The notes under the pieces: model-generated
What the model was told of the DNA's origin: nothing
What the model saw: only the letters and a program-made list of their open reading frames with translations
Databases searched by the model: none
Made by a program: the position numbers and the translations under genes
Shown: positions 21,124 to 31,041 of the stretch, piece after piece
Layout: every line of letters begins with the position of its first letter
Numbering within the stretch: position 1 is the first letter of the stretch
Assembly: GCA_963761335.1 (NCBI GenBank)
Contig: CAVXGR010000005.1
Coordinates: 96,001 to 160,000 of the forward strand
Origin: an uncultured delta proteobacterium
Lineage (GTDB): Bacteria > Desulfobacterota > Binatia > HRBIN30 > BPIQ01
Direction of reading: 5' to 3'
DNA length: 64,000 nucleotides

Positions 21124-21254
21124 AACGCAAAGACGCCAAGGCGCAAAGCGGGGCTGCGGAAAAGCGGCGGCAGTGTCCTTCGCGATCGCTGCGCCCGAGA
21201 CTCCGAGCCTCCGAAGTCTCCCCCGGCGGCCTGGCGTCTTCGCGCCTTTGCGCT
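21124..21254 (+). repeat. Solo copy of family 1 hairpin element
   Basis: aacgcaaagacgccaaggcgcaaag...ccgagactccgagcct...tggcgtcttcgcgcctttgcg. Confidence 0.88.
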
Positions 21255-21310
21255 CCTCCTCTGACTGCCGAAGCGGCGAGCACTGCGGAGTCGCCTGCAC
21301 CGCTCGGCGA

Positions 21311-21859
21311 TCACGGAGCCGTCGAAGCGGGAAACGACGCCAGCCCCTGATGGACGGCCTCGGCGGCGATTCGCGCCAGCACTGAGCGGGTGAGGTCTGG
21401 GCCGCCGAGTCTGATCGGCAGGCGATTCTCCGCGACCTCCCAGGTCGATTCACCCTTCGCGTCGACCAGCGCGTAGCTTGCCGAGACGAAGGCGACGGCG
21501 CCCGCGGCGGCGGCGTCCTGGATTTCCAGGTCGGTGAGGGTGATGCGCAACACGGGGAGATCTGTCCGCATGGCGCCGCCTGGATGGCCGCCGTCCCAGG
21601 CGACTCCTTTCGCCTCGAGCTCGGCGGCCACGGCCGCCGTGAAGGCGTCGATCGCGGAGTACGGGGCGGTGCCGTTCGCCGTCAGCTGGGCGATTCTGTC
21701 GATGAGGCCGGGGCGCGGCGCGATGAGCGGCCGCTGACTTCCGTCGAGCACTTCGAGAATCACCTCGCGCACGCCGGCGGCGCCTTGGGCGCGCACCGTC
21801 GCCCGGACATGCGGCATTCCTCAGGCGGCGAGCAGCAGCAGTGGCAGCAGGCGGCGCAT
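21311..21859 (-). CDS. Putative lipoprotein with in-frame TGA at the lipobox Cys position (pseudogene or recoded)
   Basis: ATG 21859 is coupled to the permease stop (TGATG); MRRLLPLLLLAA-TGA-GMPHV continues in frame into ORF 21311-21817. Confidence 0.7.
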
Positions 21860-22683
21860 CAGCGCGCCGGCGCGGAGCGGAGAGGCACGAGCTGCTTCAG
21901 GATTCCGCAGAGGAGCAGCAGCGCGCAGAGCACCGCGACGATCGTCGGCCCCGTCGGCAGGTCCCATTGGTACGAGAGAAGGACACCGCTGCTTCCCGCG
22001 ATCACCGCGACGAGAACGGCGACGCCGTAGGTCGCTCTCATGCCGACGTCGAGCACCAGGGCCGCCGTGGCCGGGATCACCAGATAGGAAAAGATGACCA
22101 GAACGCCGGCGACGCTGACGCTGAGCGAGAAGACGACGCCGAGGACGAGATAGAAGAAGAGCTCCCACGCCTGGATGCGGTAGCCCATGGTCTCCGCCAT
22201 CTCGGGATCGAAGGCCGTGAAGAGCAGCTCCTTGGCAAGCAGGATGTGGAGAAGGAGCACGCCGGCGGCGAGCCCGGCGAGAATCCAGAGCTGTGTCTCG
22301 GTCACGCCGAGCACGTTGCCGAAGACGAGGCTCAGCACGTCCATCTCGCCGAGTGGATTCTTCGAGACGCAGAGGATCGTGAACGCCGAGGCGCCGGCGT
22401 ATGCCACGCCGATGGCGCTCTCCCTGGGTAAGCGGCCCACCTGGCGATGGAGGGCGAAGAACATGACGCCGACCAGGCTGAGGCCGAACGCGGCTTCCAC
22501 CTGGTGAAGGCCGAGCACGTGGCCGAGCGCCACCCCGAGCGTGGCGATCTGGGCCAGGGCGATGCCGACGAACACGATCCGGCGAAGGAGCACGTACACG
22601 CCGAGATACGCGGACACGCCGCCGGCGAGTACACTGGCGATCATCGCGTACTGCACGAAGCTCTGCGACAGCATCTCGATCAT
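21859..22683 (-). CDS. Metal ABC transporter permease (ZnuB/MntB family)
   Basis: LGVYVLLRRIVFVGIALAQ and FDPEMA; multi-TM. Confidence 0.92.
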   Translation of the reverse strand: MIEMLSQSFVQYAMIASVLAGGVSAYLGVYVLLRRIVFVGIALAQIATLGVALGHVLGLHQVEAAFGLSLVGVMFFALHRQVGRLPRESAIGVAYAGASAFTILCVSKNPLGEMDVLSLVFGNVLGVTETQLWILAGLAAGVLLLHILLAKELLFTAFDPEMAETMGYRIQAWELFFYLVLGVVFSLSVSVAGVLVIFSYLVIPATAALVLDVGMRATYGVAVLVAVIAGSSGVLLSYQWDLPTGPTIVAVLCALLLLCGILKQLVPLRSAPAR

Positions 22684-23429
22684 CGTTCCGCTCCCGCGAT
22701 CACGACCGCCGTGCGGCCGACCTGATGAACCTGAACCGGGGTGCCGTAGAGCGCCGAGAGTCGCTCGCCGGTGAGCATCGCCTCCACGTCCCCGACGTCG
22801 ACTCGTCCCGCGCCGACGATCGCCAGCCGCTTCACGTACGAGGCGACGACGTTCAGCAGATGGCTGACCATGACCACGGTGAGCCCGTCCTCATCGTGAA
22901 GTCGCCGCACCAGGTCCATCATCGCCTTCTCCGCGGGAAGATCCATGCCGTTCGTCGGCTCGTCGAGCACCAGCACGGACGGCTCGGCGGCGAGCGCTCG
23001 CGCGATCAGCGTGCGTTGCTTCTGCCCGCCGGAGAGCGTTCGGTAGCGGCGATCGAGCAGCTCGGTGATACCGACGTGTGCGGCGCACTCGGCGGCGATG
23101 GCGCGGTCTCGTGCGCGCGGCGCGCGGCAGAGGCCGATGCGGGAGAAGCGGCCCATGAGAATGATCTCGCGGACCGTCAGGGGGAACGTCTCGTCGACCG
23201 CCTGCCGTTGTGGCACGTACCCGAAGGCAACCTGCTCGGCGACCGAGACGCGACCGCTGAGAGGACGGAGCGTGCCGAGCATTGTCTTGAGCAGCGTCGT
23301 CTTCCCCGAGCCGTTGGGGCCGACGATTCCGAGGAAGTCCCCGGATGCCGCGGCGAGGGTCACCTCCTCGAGGACCGCGTGACGGCCGTATCCGAGGGTG
23401 GCGCGTTCGAGCTCGATCAGCGATTGCAT
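22680..23429 (-). CDS. Metal ABC transporter ATP-binding protein (ZnuC-like)
   Basis: GPNGSGKT, LSGGQKQR and DEPT. Confidence 0.93.
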   Translation of the reverse strand: MQSLIELERATLGYGRHAVLEEVTLAAASGDFLGIVGPNGSGKTTLLKTMLGTLRPLSGRVSVAEQVAFGYVPQRQAVDETFPLTVREIILMGRFSRIGLCRAPRARDRAIAAECAAHVGITELLDRRYRTLSGGQKQRTLIARALAAEPSVLVLDEPTNGMDLPAEKAMMDLVRRLHDEDGLTVVMVSHLLNVVASYVKRLAIVGAGRVDVGDVEAMLTGERLSALYGTPVQVHQVGRTAVVIAGAER

Positions 23430-24385
23430 CACGTCCCCTGTGCCGCCTTCAGTGCCTCGGCGGTCCTCTTCACGATTGCGTCGATAAAGGAGAAGTAATC
23501 GTCGGTCCCCGGGATGCCGCCGGGCGACTCGGGAAGCGTCAGCACCGTCGCCCCGGTTTTCTCCGCCACGACGCGAGTCAGATTGTCGGGATAGTAGGGC
23601 TCCTTGAGGAGAACCTTGACGTGCTGCGCCTTCATCAGGCCGATGAGATAGGCGAGGTGAGACGGCGAGGGCGACACCCCCGGCTTGGGTTCCATCTGGC
23701 CGACGATGTCGAGACCGAATCGATTGGCGAAGTACTCCCAGTCTTCGTGGTACTCGACGATCTTGGCGCCCCGGTACGGCGCCAGCTCCGTCTGCCATTG
23801 CACCAGCTGCTCGTCGATGCGGCGGTCGAAGTCGGCGAGCCTTTGCTCGTAATACTCGCGGTTGTCGGAATCGACCCGCAGAAGACCGTCGACGATGTTG
23901 CGGGCCATCGTCTTCGCGTTGACGGGATCGCGCTGGTAGTGCGGGTTGCCCAAGGGATGCACGTCGCCGAGGGCGCGGCTGTCCATACCGGCCGGCGGCA
24001 CCTCGAGCTTCGGGATGCCGACGGAGGCGTCGACGAAGCCCGGTCCGCCGAGAATCCGCGGGTTGCGCGAGCCGTTCTCGAGGACCGGGGCCCAGCCGAC
24101 CTCGAGCTCGAGACCGCGCTTGACGTAGAGATCGGCGCGATTGAGCTTCAGGATGAAGCTCGGCTTGGGATCCACGAAATGCGGATCCTGGGTGCCGCGC
24201 GCCAGCGACTCGACATCGACCTTGTCACCCCCGACCTCGCGGGCGATCGCCGCGAGGTCGGGAGTCGTGGTGACCACGTCGACCTTGGCGAGGGCGGAAG
24301 TGAATGCGCCCCCGGCGGCGACGATGCAGAGAGCGCCGAGAACGACGAGCAGAGCTCGGGGCGCCAGAAGTATCTTCACAGTCAT
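23429..24385 (-). CDS. Zn/Mn ABC substrate-binding protein (ZnuA/TroA family)
   Basis: QDPHF, GLELE, GDVHPLGNPH and YHEDW. Confidence 0.92.
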   Translation of the reverse strand: MTVKILLAPRALLVVLGALCIVAAGGAFTSALAKVDVVTTTPDLAAIAREVGGDKVDVESLARGTQDPHFVDPKPSFILKLNRADLYVKRGLELEVGWAPVLENGSRNPRILGGPGFVDASVGIPKLEVPPAGMDSRALGDVHPLGNPHYQRDPVNAKTMARNIVDGLLRVDSDNREYYEQRLADFDRRIDEQLVQWQTELAPYRGAKIVEYHEDWEYFANRFGLDIVGQMEPKPGVSPSPSHLAYLIGLMKAQHVKVLLKEPYYPDNLTRVVAEKTGATVLTLPESPGGIPGTDDYFSFIDAIVKRTAEALKAAQGT

Positions 24386-24404
24386 TTGGGAATCCTCCAG
24401 GCTC

Positions 24405-25862
24405 TCAGAAGGCGTGTGCGGCGTGTGGGCCGATCGAAAAATCGTACTGGAGCCAGACGCGGTTGGAGTCTTTGTCGGCGAGCCGATCGGAATTCACGAA
24501 CTGGTAGCCGAGGCGAAAGTAGCCGAACTCGAGGGGCGAGAAGGTGAGGTAGGGGAATACACCCCACTCCTCCTGCCCGGACATCCCGGGGATCTCCGTC
24601 CAGTCGAAGCGGGTCCCGGCCCACAGCGTCTGCGTCAGCCGGTACTCGCCGTAGGTGTAGAAGCCTCCCGAGTCGACGGTGCCTTGCCCCGCATCTTTCT
24701 GGTCGAGCTGCGTCAGGTAGCCTTCGGTCCGCCAGAGAAGCTTGTGGAATCCGGCCTGACGAAGCGGCCGCCAGCGGTAGGTCAGGTCCACCCCGTAGAC
24801 ACGTGTTGCGGTGCCGTCCCGCGGGGCGTTGGCGAGGATCGAGCCGCCGAGCTCGATGTTGTTGTCGTCATTGAGGTCGAAGAAGCTCTGGGCGTGGCCG
24901 ACGTAGACGAAGTCGCCGAGGGAGCGGCCCGGCGCTGGCTGCTCGAGGGGAATGCCCTGGGCTCCCTGGGGCTCTTCGCCGAGTCCGTTGACGACCTCCG
25001 CGGTGAGCAGGAGGTACTGGTCCCAACGGTTGGGAACCAGGTAGCTGGCGCCCACCCCGGTTCCCGAGAAGCCCTCGTCGCCGAAGTTGGCCACCTCGAC
25101 GAGCGGCCGGTCGGTCTGTGGGAGGGCGTGGCGGTGGAGGAGATTGTTCTTGCCAAAGGAGACGCGGAACTTGCCGATCCGCGCCTGCAGATTGTACGGC
25201 AGAGTGAGGAACGTCGCGTAAGCTTCCTCGACCTGCGGGGACTCGCCCTCGCCGAAGGTGATGAAGGCGTCGGCGCGGGCGTAGGGATCGATCGGCGCCT
25301 GAAAGCCGAGCTCCGCCTCGCGGAAGCTGAAGCGGTTCGCTTTGTTGAGCTGGCGGTTGTCGGTGCCGAGGAAGGTAAAGTCGCCGATGAAGCTGATGTC
25401 CGGATTGAGGAGTGAAGAGCTCTTGCCGACACCGGCGCCCACCGCGGGCTGCGCCTGAGGAGCGGCGGCGACGGCTCCCGTCCCCGGCACGGCCGCGCCG
25501 GGGGTTGGAGTCGGCATTGCCGCCCGGATCTCGGCTTCCAGCCCCTTCTCCTCTTCGCTCTTTGTCTCCGCGGTCGGCGGCTGCTTCCCGGTGGTGAGCC
25601 TCTCGATCTCGTCTTGCTGCTTGCGGACCTGCTCCTGGAGCATGTGGATCTGCTCCTTCATCATTTCGAGCTCGTGCCGCACGCTGCGGGGTGTACTCTG
25701 CGCGCGTGCGCCTGAGGCGCCCGCCGCCAGGAGCAGCGCGGCCAACGCGACACGGTGTCTAAAACGGTTTTCGAAGCCTTTTCCTCTGCGAACGGTGGGA
25801 CACGCGGCGAGGGCGAACGCGACTGCGCCGAACCCCAGCGGTCGTCTGCAACTCCACTCCAT
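24405..25862 (-). CDS. Outer-membrane beta-barrel protein associated with metal uptake
   Basis: Signal-like N-terminus, coiled coil, NPDISF, EAELGFQAPIDPYARAD, C-terminal GPHAAHAF; AGGAGG RBS. Confidence 0.72.
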   Translation of the reverse strand: MEWSCRRPLGFGAVAFALAACPTVRRGKGFENRFRHRVALAALLLAAGASGARAQSTPRSVRHELEMMKEQIHMLQEQVRKQQDEIERLTTGKQPPTAETKSEEEKGLEAEIRAAMPTPTPGAAVPGTGAVAAAPQAQPAVGAGVGKSSSLLNPDISFIGDFTFLGTDNRQLNKANRFSFREAELGFQAPIDPYARADAFITFGEGESPQVEEAYATFLTLPYNLQARIGKFRVSFGKNNLLHRHALPQTDRPLVEVANFGDEGFSGTGVGASYLVPNRWDQYLLLTAEVVNGLGEEPQGAQGIPLEQPAPGRSLGDFVYVGHAQSFFDLNDDNNIELGGSILANAPRDGTATRVYGVDLTYRWRPLRQAGFHKLLWRTEGYLTQLDQKDAGQGTVDSGGFYTYGEYRLTQTLWAGTRFDWTEIPGMSGQEEWGVFPYLTFSPLEFGYFRLGYQFVNSDRLADKDSNRVWLQYDFSIGPHAAHAF

Positions 25863-25937
25863 CGCTTCCTCCTGTGAAGGGACCACGGCCGAGCCGCCGC
25901 AAGCGGCGGCCCTGGAGGGCGACGAAGCGGCGGCGGG

Positions 25938-26240
25938 TTACGCTGAACGGAGGGGCGAAGCGAGAGGCGGAGCGCGACAGGAGTTCGGCGCGGCGCACAG
26001 ACGGGCGACCGGTGTATCCGTCCTCGGCGTCTGCGTCCGACTCCATACGGGCAACGGCGCCGGGGCGGGTGCCTGGATCCCCGAGGTTGCCGGGGTGTGA
26101 TGAACGGCGACGCAGAGAGCGCAGGTGCGCTGCTCGTTGCCGCCGGCGTGGGCATGGCCGCTCAGAAAGACCGGCACGAGCAGCAGGGCCGCGAGCGCGA
26201 GCGCTCCGACCCATCGCGATGGGGACCGACGCCGCCGCAT
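25938..26240 (-). CDS. DUF2946-like leader protein (signal/TM, HxH, CxxC, C-terminal RAPP)
   Basis: MRRRRSPSRWVGALALAALLLVPVFLSGHAH...CALC...SCRAPPLAS, directly upstream of the metal-uptake operon. Confidence 0.78.
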   Translation of the reverse strand: MRRRRSPSRWVGALALAALLLVPVFLSGHAHAGGNEQRTCALCVAVHHTPATSGIQAPAPAPLPVWSRTQTPRTDTPVARLCAAPNSCRAPPLASPLRSA

Positions 26241-26302
26241 GGATGGCTCCAAGTGGGTAACAAAGGGGGGCGGGTGAAGCAAGCATCGGGGAGCGTCCCT
26301 GT

Positions 26303-26371
26303 GGACAGGCAACTTCTGCGGGCGAGGTCGTTGCCGGGGTGAGATCGCGAGGGCAAAAGTAGCCTGTCCCC
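26303..26371. repeat. Family 3 inverted-repeat element
   Basis: ggacaggcaacttctgc...gcaaaagtagcctgtcccc; the interior resembles the 11231 copy. Confidence 0.8.
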
Positions 26372-26491
26372 TTGGCGCCGCGCTCCCGGATTCCGGAGAA
26401 CGGAAATGCTCCGCGCCAAGCGCGAGCCACGACAGCGCTCCGCGGCGCGGTACCGATTCTGCTTCAGGACAGAACGGCAGCGGAGGCCGCC

Positions 26492-28192
26492 GTGAACATC
26501 ATCGAGACTGCCGGATTCGTCGCCCATCTAGCGGGGTGGGGGCTGACCCTGATCCGCCACGACACCCATTACCCCAGCCCGGTCCCGGAGAACCCGAAGT
26601 TCAAGAGCCCCCGCGACGCCGTCGGCCTGATCGGCGACGGCGACGTGGTCGCCACCTCCGGGCTCGGGGGAAACCAGCGCGCCTCGATTCTCTACTGGGC
26701 GATCCGCGAGGCCTTCGAGCAGAGCGGACATCCGCGGCAGCTGACGGTGATGAACCTCGGCGGCCACGGCGGCCGCGGCGCCGTCCCGGGGACCGTGGAG
26801 GAGCTCGGGCGGCCGGGCCTGTGTAGCCGCTTCGTCACCGGCCACTTCGACACCTTCCACGCCATGCTCGATCTCGCCGAGGCCGGCAGCTGTGAGCTGC
26901 AGTGCATTCCCCAGGGGACCATGGCACTGCTGCTGGATGCGCTCGGCGAGGGGCGCGACTCTCTGTTGACCGACACCGGCATCGGTACCTTCATCGACCC
27001 GCGGGTGGGACGTGGCTCGCCCGTGACTGCGGGGGCGCCGCAGCTGGTGACCGTCGAGGGGCGGAAGCTGCGCTACCATATCCCGCGCGTCGACGTCGCC
27101 TTGTTCAACGCGCCGGCGGCAGATCGGCACGGCAACCTCTACGTGAAGAGCTGCGCCATGACCGGGGAGACGCGGGAGATCGCCGCCGCGGCCAAGCGCA
27201 ACGGCGGCCGGGTGATCGCCAACGTCGGCCTCCTGGTGGAGGAAGGGTACGACCGGGTCTTCCTCCCCGAGAGCGTGGTCGACGCGGTCGTCTACTATCC
27301 GTACACGGAGCAGACCGGGGCGTTCTTCCACAGCCAGCCGTGGCGCGCCGTGACCACCGACGGCGACGACGTCCCCATCGGCGAGGCGCTGGCGCGCGCC
27401 CGGTTGATGAGCCGTCTGGCGCGGGTGACACCCCGCCGCCGCCCCATCGATGACGCGGTGGCGCGGCTGGCGGCGGCGGCCTTGGCGGCGCACGTCCCGC
27501 GGGGAGCCTACGTCAACATCGGCGTCGGGCTGCCCGAGGAGGTGTGCCGCACCGTCTTCGAGGCCGGGCACCTCGACGACCTCACCTTTCTCGTGGAGAG
27601 CGGCACGGTAGGCGGCCTTCCCGCTCCCGGCGTCTACTTCGGCGCCGCCTTCCACCCGCGCCGCATCATCTCCTCGGCGGAGATGTTCAAGCTCTGCTAC
27701 CAGCGCCTCGACGCCACCTGTCTCGGAGTGCTGCAGGCGGACAGCTCCGGCAACGTCAACGTCTCACGGCGCGGCGGGCGGGTCCGCGACTACGTTGGTC
27801 CGGGAGGCTTCATCGACCTCAGCACCGCGGCGCGCACGGTGGTCTTCGTCTCCAGCTGGACCGCAGGCGGCAGGATCGCCGTGGACGGCGAGCGCGTGCG
27901 CATCGTCGAGACGGGCCGCCCGAAATTCGTCGAGCGAGTGGACGAGGTGACCTTCAACGGCGCGCGGGCGCTGGCGGCGGGGAAGACCGTCCTCTACGCC
28001 ACCGGCGTCGGCCTCTTCCGCCTGACGGCGCGCGGCATGGAGCTGGCGCAGGTGATGCCCGGCATCGACGTGCGCCGCGACATCCTCGAGAGCGCGCCGA
28101 TGAAGGTGGTGCTGCCGCGCCGCGACGACATCCCCGTCGTCCCCGCCTCGGTGGTCACCGGCCGCGGCTTCGCTCTCCGCTTCGCGGGTTGA
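26492..28192 (+). CDS. Acyl-CoA:acetate/propionate CoA-transferase (fused family I, YdiF/Pct-like)
   Basis: GIGTFIDPR, VNIGVGLP, VESG, GNVNVS and GPGGFIDLS; GTG after CGGAGG. Confidence 0.88.
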   Translation: MNIIETAGFVAHLAGWGLTLIRHDTHYPSPVPENPKFKSPRDAVGLIGDGDVVATSGLGGNQRASILYWAIREAFEQSGHPRQLTVMNLGGHGGRGAVPGTVEELGRPGLCSRFVTGHFDTFHAMLDLAEAGSCELQCIPQGTMALLLDALGEGRDSLLTDTGIGTFIDPRVGRGSPVTAGAPQLVTVEGRKLRYHIPRVDVALFNAPAADRHGNLYVKSCAMTGETREIAAAAKRNGGRVIANVGLLVEEGYDRVFLPESVVDAVVYYPYTEQTGAFFHSQPWRAVTTDGDDVPIGEALARARLMSRLARVTPRRRPIDDAVARLAAAALAAHVPRGAYVNIGVGLPEEVCRTVFEAGHLDDLTFLVESGTVGGLPAPGVYFGAAFHPRRIISSAEMFKLCYQRLDATCLGVLQADSSGNVNVSRRGGRVRDYVGPGGFIDLSTAARTVVFVSSWTAGGRIAVDGERVRIVETGRPKFVERVDEVTFNGARALAAGKTVLYATGVGLFRLTARGMELAQVMPGIDVRRDILESAPMKVVLPRRDDIPVVPASVVTGRGFALRFAG

Positions 28193-28281
28193 GAGGGTCT
28201 TCGAGTTTTCGAGCTCGCGCGTTGTCGATGGCGTTTCGTCAGCCCCGATCAGCGCCCCGGAGGGGCGCGGGCACGTCGCAA

Positions 28282-30057
28282 CTACGCGAGCTCCAGCCCG
28301 GCCAGGTCGCCGCGCGCCCGCCACTCCTCCAGCAGCTTGATGAATGCCGGGGATCCCCCGCCGTAGAAGCCGTTGCGGACGCTGCGTTCGGCCGGCTTGC
28401 CTTCGTTGTTGTAGTAACCGGGGGTGCAGGACTCCAGAAATGTTGCGCTCATCTGCGACAGGTCGACGATGGTCTGCACCCACGCGTCCTCGGCCTCGCG
28501 ACTGGTCTCGATGCGGGTGAGGCCGTGGTCGGTGGCGTGGCGCAGGAGATAGGCCAGATGCTTCGCCTGCTCGTCGAGCATGTGCGGGAAGTTCACGGAG
28601 AATCCCGACTGCACGATGCTGACGATGAAGCAGTTGGGGAAGCCGCGGCTGTAGAATCCGTGGAAGGTCGCGGCCCCGTCGCGCCAGCGCTCGCTGAGCG
28701 CAACGCCGTCTCGGCCATACACCTCGTAGCCGGCGCGCCGCGTGTAGTCGGTGCCCACCTCGAACCCGGTGGCGTAGATGAGGCAGTCGAGCGGGTACTC
28801 GCGGCCCGCCGCCACGACGCCCTGCGGCGTGATCCGCTCGACGCCCTTGCCGTCGGTGTCGACCAGGGTGACGTTCGGCCGGTTGAACGCCTGCAGGTAC
28901 TCATCGTGAAAGCAGGGGCGCTTGCAGAACTGGCGGTAGTACGGCTTCAACGCCTCGGCGACCGCCGGATCGGCGATGATCGCCTCCACCCGGGCGCGAA
29001 TCTGCTCCATCTTCTCGAAGTCGGCGAACTCGAGACTCTCGGCGAGGCTCAGCGGTCCGTCGCCGCCGTCACGCAAGCGCAGCAGCAGCTTGCCGATGAT
29101 GTCGGTCCAGCCGTCGCTGACCAGATCCTCGGGCTCGAAGATGCCGGAGACGAGGTTGTTGAAATTTTCCATCCGGCGCCGCTGCCACCCGGCCTCGAGA
29201 CCGGCGGCCCAGGCGGCGTCGGTCGGACGATTGTCGCGCACGTCGATCGACGATGGCGTGCGCTGGAAGACGTAGAGGTGCTTCGCCGCGGCCCCCAGGT
29301 GCGGCACGCACTGTACGGCCGTGGCTCCGGTGCCGATGACGCCGACCCGCTTGTCGTGCAGCCGATTCAGGTTGCCGTCGCTCGAGCCGCCGGTATAGGC
29401 GTAGTCCCAGCGGCTGGTGTGGAAGGCGTGCCCGGCGAACGTCTCCACCCCCGGGATGCCCGGAAGCTTCGGCCGGTGCAGCGGACCGTTCGCCATCACG
29501 ACGAAACGCGCCCGCATGCGATCGCCGCGGTTGGTGACGACCAACCACCGCCGCGCGGCCTCGTCCCAGCGCAGATCCGTCACCTCGGTCTGCAGACAGG
29601 CGCGCTCGTAGAGGCCGAAGTGCCGCGCAATGTTGCGGCTGTGCTCGAGAATCTCCGGCGCTCGCGAGTACTTCTCTCGTGGGACGTAGCCGACTTCCTC
29701 CAGCAGGGGCAGGTAGATGTACGACTCGACGTCGCACGCGGCGCCCGGATAGCGATTCCAATACCAGGTGCCGCCGACGTCGCCTCCCTTCTCGATGAGG
29801 CGGAGGTCGTCGATGCCGGCCTGCCGCAGCCGCGCTGCCACCACCAGCCCGCCGAAGCCGCCGCCGATGATCGCCACTCCGACCTCGTCGAAGAGCGGCG
29901 CCCGCTCCCGCGGCTCCGTGTACGGATCGTCGAGGAACTGGGCGAACCGCCCGGCGATCTCGATGTACTGGTCGTTGCCATCGGGCCGCAGCCGCTTGTC
30001 GCGCTCGGCGCGGTACTTGTCGCGCAGCGCGTCTGGATCGAAGGTGTTTGCCGCCAT
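28282..30057 (-). CDS. Baeyer-Villiger monooxygenase
   Basis: [17 protein letters not shown], fingerprint [16 protein letters not shown] and ATG motifs. Confidence 0.94.
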   Translation of the reverse strand: MAANTFDPDALRDKYRAERDKRLRPDGNDQYIEIAGRFAQFLDDPYTEPRERAPLFDEVGVAIIGGGFGGLVVAARLRQAGIDDLRLIEKGGDVGGTWYWNRYPGAACDVESYIYLPLLEEVGYVPREKYSRAPEILEHSRNIARHFGLYERACLQTEVTDLRWDEAARRWLVVTNRGDRMRARFVVMANGPLHRPKLPGIPGVETFAGHAFHTSRWDYAYTGGSSDGNLNRLHDKRVGVIGTGATAVQCVPHLGAAAKHLYVFQRTPSSIDVRDNRPTDAAWAAGLEAGWQRRRMENFNNLVSGIFEPEDLVSDGWTDIIGKLLLRLRDGGDGPLSLAESLEFADFEKMEQIRARVEAIIADPAVAEALKPYYRQFCKRPCFHDEYLQAFNRPNVTLVDTDGKGVERITPQGVVAAGREYPLDCLIYATGFEVGTDYTRRAGYEVYGRDGVALSERWRDGAATFHGFYSRGFPNCFIVSIVQSGFSVNFPHMLDEQAKHLAYLLRHATDHGLTRIETSREAEDAWVQTIVDLSQMSATFLESCTPGYYNNEGKPAERSVRNGFYGGGSPAFIKLLEEWRARGDLAGLELA

Positions 30058-30189
30058 TCGTGCCTCGGGTCGCTCAGGTGTACACGATGCGGGTGATCCA
30101 GTCGGCGACCACCGCAAAGGCTTTCGCTGCGTTGGTGCTCATGATGCCGGAAACCCTACAAGTGGGTTGACGTCGAGTCCAGCGCTCGC

Positions 30190-30213
30190 GAAGCGGCGAG
30201 ACGCTGCTTCTAC
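30190..30213. repeat. GTAG-type REP unit (family 2)
   Basis: gaagcggcgagacgctgcttctac abuts the phoB stop. Confidence 0.7.
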
Positions 30214-31041
30214 TCACTCCAAGGCGCGCTCGTTGAACTTGTAGCCGACGCCGCGCACGGTGAGGATCAGCTGCGGGTGGGCGCTGTTGCGCTCGATGCG
30301 TTTGCGCAGTCGGCGGACGTGCACGTCGACGGTGCGCGGCTCGACGTGGGTATCCTGTCCCCAGACCATGTCGAGAATCTGCAGGCGACCGTAGACGCGG
30401 TTCGGCGAGCGCGCGAAGAAGCGCAGCAGCTCGAACTCGCGCAGCGACAGGCCCACCGGCCTGCCCTCGCGGAAGACCTCGTAGGTGTCGAAGTCGATGC
30501 GCAACCAGCCCTTCTCGTAGACCTGGCGCGGCTGCTCCGGCTCGGCGGCGTGGGCGCGCCGCAGGACGGCGCGAACCCGCGCCACCAGCTCGCGCGGGCT
30601 GTACGGCTTGCTGACGTAGTCGTCGGCGCCGAGCTCCAGGCCGATGACGCGATCGGCTTCACTGGTCTTGGCGGTGGCGATCACGACCGGCACGCTGGTC
30701 GTCGCCGGATCACCGCGCAGCCGGCGGCAGACCTCCAGCCCGGAGAGGCCGGGAAGCATGAGATCGAGAACGATCAGCGCCGGCCGCTCGCGGCGCACCA
30801 TCTCGATCGCCGTCTCGCCGTCGCCGGCGATGGCGACGGCGTATCCCTCCTGCTCCAGGTTGAAGCGCAGCAGCTCGGCGAGGTCGAGCTCGTCCTCGAC
30901 CACGAGGACCAGGGGTCTTTCGTCCTGCTTCGAGCCCGGGGGAGAATCGATGTCCTTCTTGCTGAGCGGCATTGGCGATGTCGGCGTCGTGTCCGCGGTG
31001 CGAGCGGCGCGGAAGGCGCCCATCGCTGTCGCCGGGGGCAT
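30214..31041 (-). CDS. phoB: Phosphate regulon response regulator PhoB
   Basis: REC domain (EDE, LDLMLP) plus OmpR wHTH (RTVDVHVRRLR, TVRGVGY), downstream of phoU; true start may be internal. Confidence 0.88.
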   Translation of the reverse strand: MPPATAMGAFRAARTADTTPTSPMPLSKKDIDSPPGSKQDERPLVLVVEDELDLAELLRFNLEQEGYAVAIAGDGETAIEMVRRERPALIVLDLMLPGLSGLEVCRRLRGDPATTSVPVVIATAKTSEADRVIGLELGADDYVSKPYSPRELVARVRAVLRRAHAAEPEQPRQVYEKGWLRIDFDTYEVFREGRPVGLSLREFELLRFFARSPNRVYGRLQILDMVWGQDTHVEPRTVDVHVRRLRKRIERNSAHPQLILTVRGVGYKFNERALE

